Origin: Lama guanicoe
Taxonomy: Eukaryota
DNA length: 64,000 nucleotides
NCBI GenBank assembly: GCA_013239625.1
Contig: MU054220.1
Coordinates: forward strand, 6,680,626 to 6,744,625
Direction: 5' to 3'
In this document: piece after piece, positions 61,664 through 64,000 of the stretch
Layout of the letters: each line of letters begins with the position of its first letter
Numbering within the stretch: the first letter of the stretch is position 1
Notes under the pieces: model-generated
Database searches by the model: none
The model's input: the letters and a program-made list of their open reading frames with translations, nothing else
What the model was told of the DNA's origin: nothing
Position numbers and translations under genes: made by a program

Positions 61664-62229
61664 TACACAGTCATCAACAAGAAATGTATCCTGTCAGGTT
61701 GAATGTACTAAGATTATAAAGTGAGAGAAAGAATGGTACTTCCTTACATTTCTAACAACTCTAGAAATATTATAAAGCACTGAGATAGTATTTTATTTTT
61801 AGTTCTACCAAACCATGTGATGTAACATTTACGGGATGAGATTGCATCAGGAGCTTACAGTATTTACAGATAGGAGGACTGAGTCTCAGGAAGGAGGCAC
61901 AATTTTTTTTTTAAGCCCATGTGATTGGAGAAATTTCATGAACTCAGGCTTTCGGAACGCAGGAATGTTGCTTATTTTGTGGGCTTTGTGCAAGGACCAC
62001 CCATTATTTTACTTCTTACTGTTTTCTTTAATACTTATGGTAGAATTCAGGGGTATTTGCTCTTGGGATAGAAAAATATACATATACTTTATCTGCACTA
62101 ATGGCTAAGTGAAATTATCATTTCTGTCAATTGTGAATGTAGGCAATAAACCATACTTGCATTATTTTTTCATAAAAAATCAGTTTTCATATCGTATTAT
62201 AGTTGTGTCAGATACCACAAAATATCTTT

Positions 62230-62490
62230 CATACTCATCACTACTTTGAAATTATTATAGTTAGAATTACTGCTAGATCTTATCATTTAATTTATTAATA
62301 AAGATGCATATATATTTTTATATAAAAAATTTCAACATATTGATGCCAGTATAGCAATATATATTTTTTGCTCTGTAATGTTATGTATTGTATTTTTTTC
62401 ATTTAAAAAACATTAATCTGAGAAGAAACCCATAGATGTCACCAGATTTGCAAAGGGAACCATGGCATGAAAAAACAAATTCCTCCCAGG
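62230..62490. mobile_element. hAT-Charlie element fragment (MER113-like)
   Basis: ttattaataaagatgcatatat...tgtaatgttatgtattgtattt...catttaaaaaacattaatctgagaag...catagatgtcaccagatttgcaaagggaaccatggcat. Confidence 0.55.
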
Positions 62491-62502
62491 GCCCACAATA
62501 TC

Positions 62503-62988
62503 TGTTCAGTTAGCTGTTGGTATATAATGAATCAACCCAGAATTTAATAGTTTAAAACAGCAGCAATTGTTATTGTTCTTTTTCATGAGTCTCAGGTTTG
62601 GCTGGGATACAGGTAGGTGGTAATTACACAGGGTTTGCCATGCTCTTGCATCCAGATGTTGGCTGGAACTGGACTCATTTCAGGTGTGAAAGTAGATGCT
62701 GGCAGTCGGCTGTGACTTAAACGGGGTCATGCCTATAAGTGGCTGTTTGGCTTTCTCAAAGTATGGCAGCTGGTTCCGAGGCTGAGCATTCTAAGAGATC
62801 CAGACAGAAGCCATATTGCCTTTTAGGACCTAGCCGCCAAAGTCACATAGCATCACTTTCTCCAGTGATAAAGGAGAGATGACATCAACCCCAAATCTCA
62901 TTAAGAAGAGTGGCAATGTCACATCATAGGAGCATGTGGGACAGGACATATTTTGATGAACCTCTTTGAAAAATACAGTTTACCCCAA
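62503..62988 (-). mobile_element. MaLR solo LTR, MLT1F/G-like
   Basis: tcagttagctgttg...cccagaatttaatagtttaaaacagc...agatgctggcagtcggctg...tatggcagctggttcc...gccttttaggacctagcc...aagtcacatagcatcactt...tctttgaaaaatacagtttacc. Confidence 0.75.
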
Positions 62989-64000
62989 TGTCCCAAGGTT
63001 TTCCTGCTCCTGAGTCTTTCACATAGTGTATGTCCCGCTCTAAATGTTCTAATGTTCCTCTGTTCTTTCTTTTACCTTATTCTCCTGTTTTTTCCCTTTA
63101 AACCCAAAGCAAAGCAGAAATTCCACTTCACATCTTGCCCAAACATTCCCCCTTCTTTTCACACATACCTAATTTCTTTGTGGAGTTGGAGGGCGAGGGT
63201 GTCTGTGCTATAATTTTACCATAAGCTTTACTTTAATTTGTGAGTTTACTTAACAAATGGTAGTACTCATTTGTTTCTACGTCTTTTCTCTTACTTGATT
63301 GGGACTTCTTTGAGGATAGATTCCCCTTCTGTTGGCCCCACATGACTACTTATTTGTTGCACATTTATACTCAACTAATATTTGTGGAATGAACAACTGC
63401 TCTTCCAAATTCAGCTGCCATCTGAAGAGTCCTTCCCCTTTTTAAAAAGATGTGAAGCTCCTGAGTCATGGGGTAGCAACAGCTCCATTTGCTAGTTCCT
63501 TCTTTCCAGATTTAATAAATGAGTTCAAGGCAACAACCTTAGCTCAACAGAACCAAATACCATCACTGATTCTCATAGACTTTTTAGGAATGACATCATC
63601 TCTGACTCAAAACCAAAGGCAGAGACACCACAAGATTACTGAAAACCTGAGAACATAATTTCTCCAAAAGAGACCAAAGTGCTTGGATAAAGCAGATGAA
63701 ATGTTGAGCCATGGGTTAAGGGGTCAATCACGTGAGATTACTTTAAAATACAAGTACTTAAGTTGTGTGGCTTTCTGATACACCGTCAAATGACATAGTA
63801 GAAGGACTAAAACGTTCATGAGAGATGCGTTTCATATCCTGGTAAAGGAGGAAGAATTAATCTTGGAAAGACTCAAACTCATTCACATTAAAGTTAAAAG
63901 GGAAAAAAAAAGTTTTGTATAATCTTTCAGATGCATATGAAATATGAAACTCTGGCCATTAAACAAACTTTTTTTTTTTTAACACAAGATGAAAAAGCTG

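Noticed and set aside
1..64000. Prokaryotic-type systems (CRISPR arrays, operons, defence islands), rRNA, snRNA or numt
   Set aside because: The sequence is repeat-rich mammalian DNA with no gene-dense ORFs, no regularly spaced repeats and no recognisable rRNA/snRNA/mitochondrial segments.

Overview
AT-rich mammalian genomic DNA, most likely camelid (camel/alpaca/llama). Two tRNA-Ala-derived vic-1-type SINEs are present, and I saw no Alu, B1/B2, Bov-A/BovB, CHR or PRE-1 elements. No protein-coding exon of a recognisable host gene was found; the only ORFs with recognisable protein similarity are LINE-1 ORF2 fragments. The window looks like a large intron or intergenic interval, layered with young and old L1s, L2/MIR/CR1 remnants, MaLR/ERVL solo LTRs (MLT1, MLT2, LTR16, LTR33) and hAT/Tigger MITEs. 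The best leads are: (i) a complete, TSD-flanked ~380-nt 'mini-L1' in which the first ~160 nt of an L1 5'UTR join directly to the distal 3'UTR at an AG, i.e. a spliced or internally deleted, possibly non-autonomous element; (ii) several L1s with twin-priming inversions, one tail-less with an inverted repeat at its junction; (iii) a minus-strand pair of small exons with strong splice signals near 57.2-57.6 kb; and (iv) a plus-strand promoter-like motif array near 61.5 kb. Repeat family names come from recalled consensus similarity, repeat boundaries are approximate, and exon/promoter calls are unvalidated predictions.
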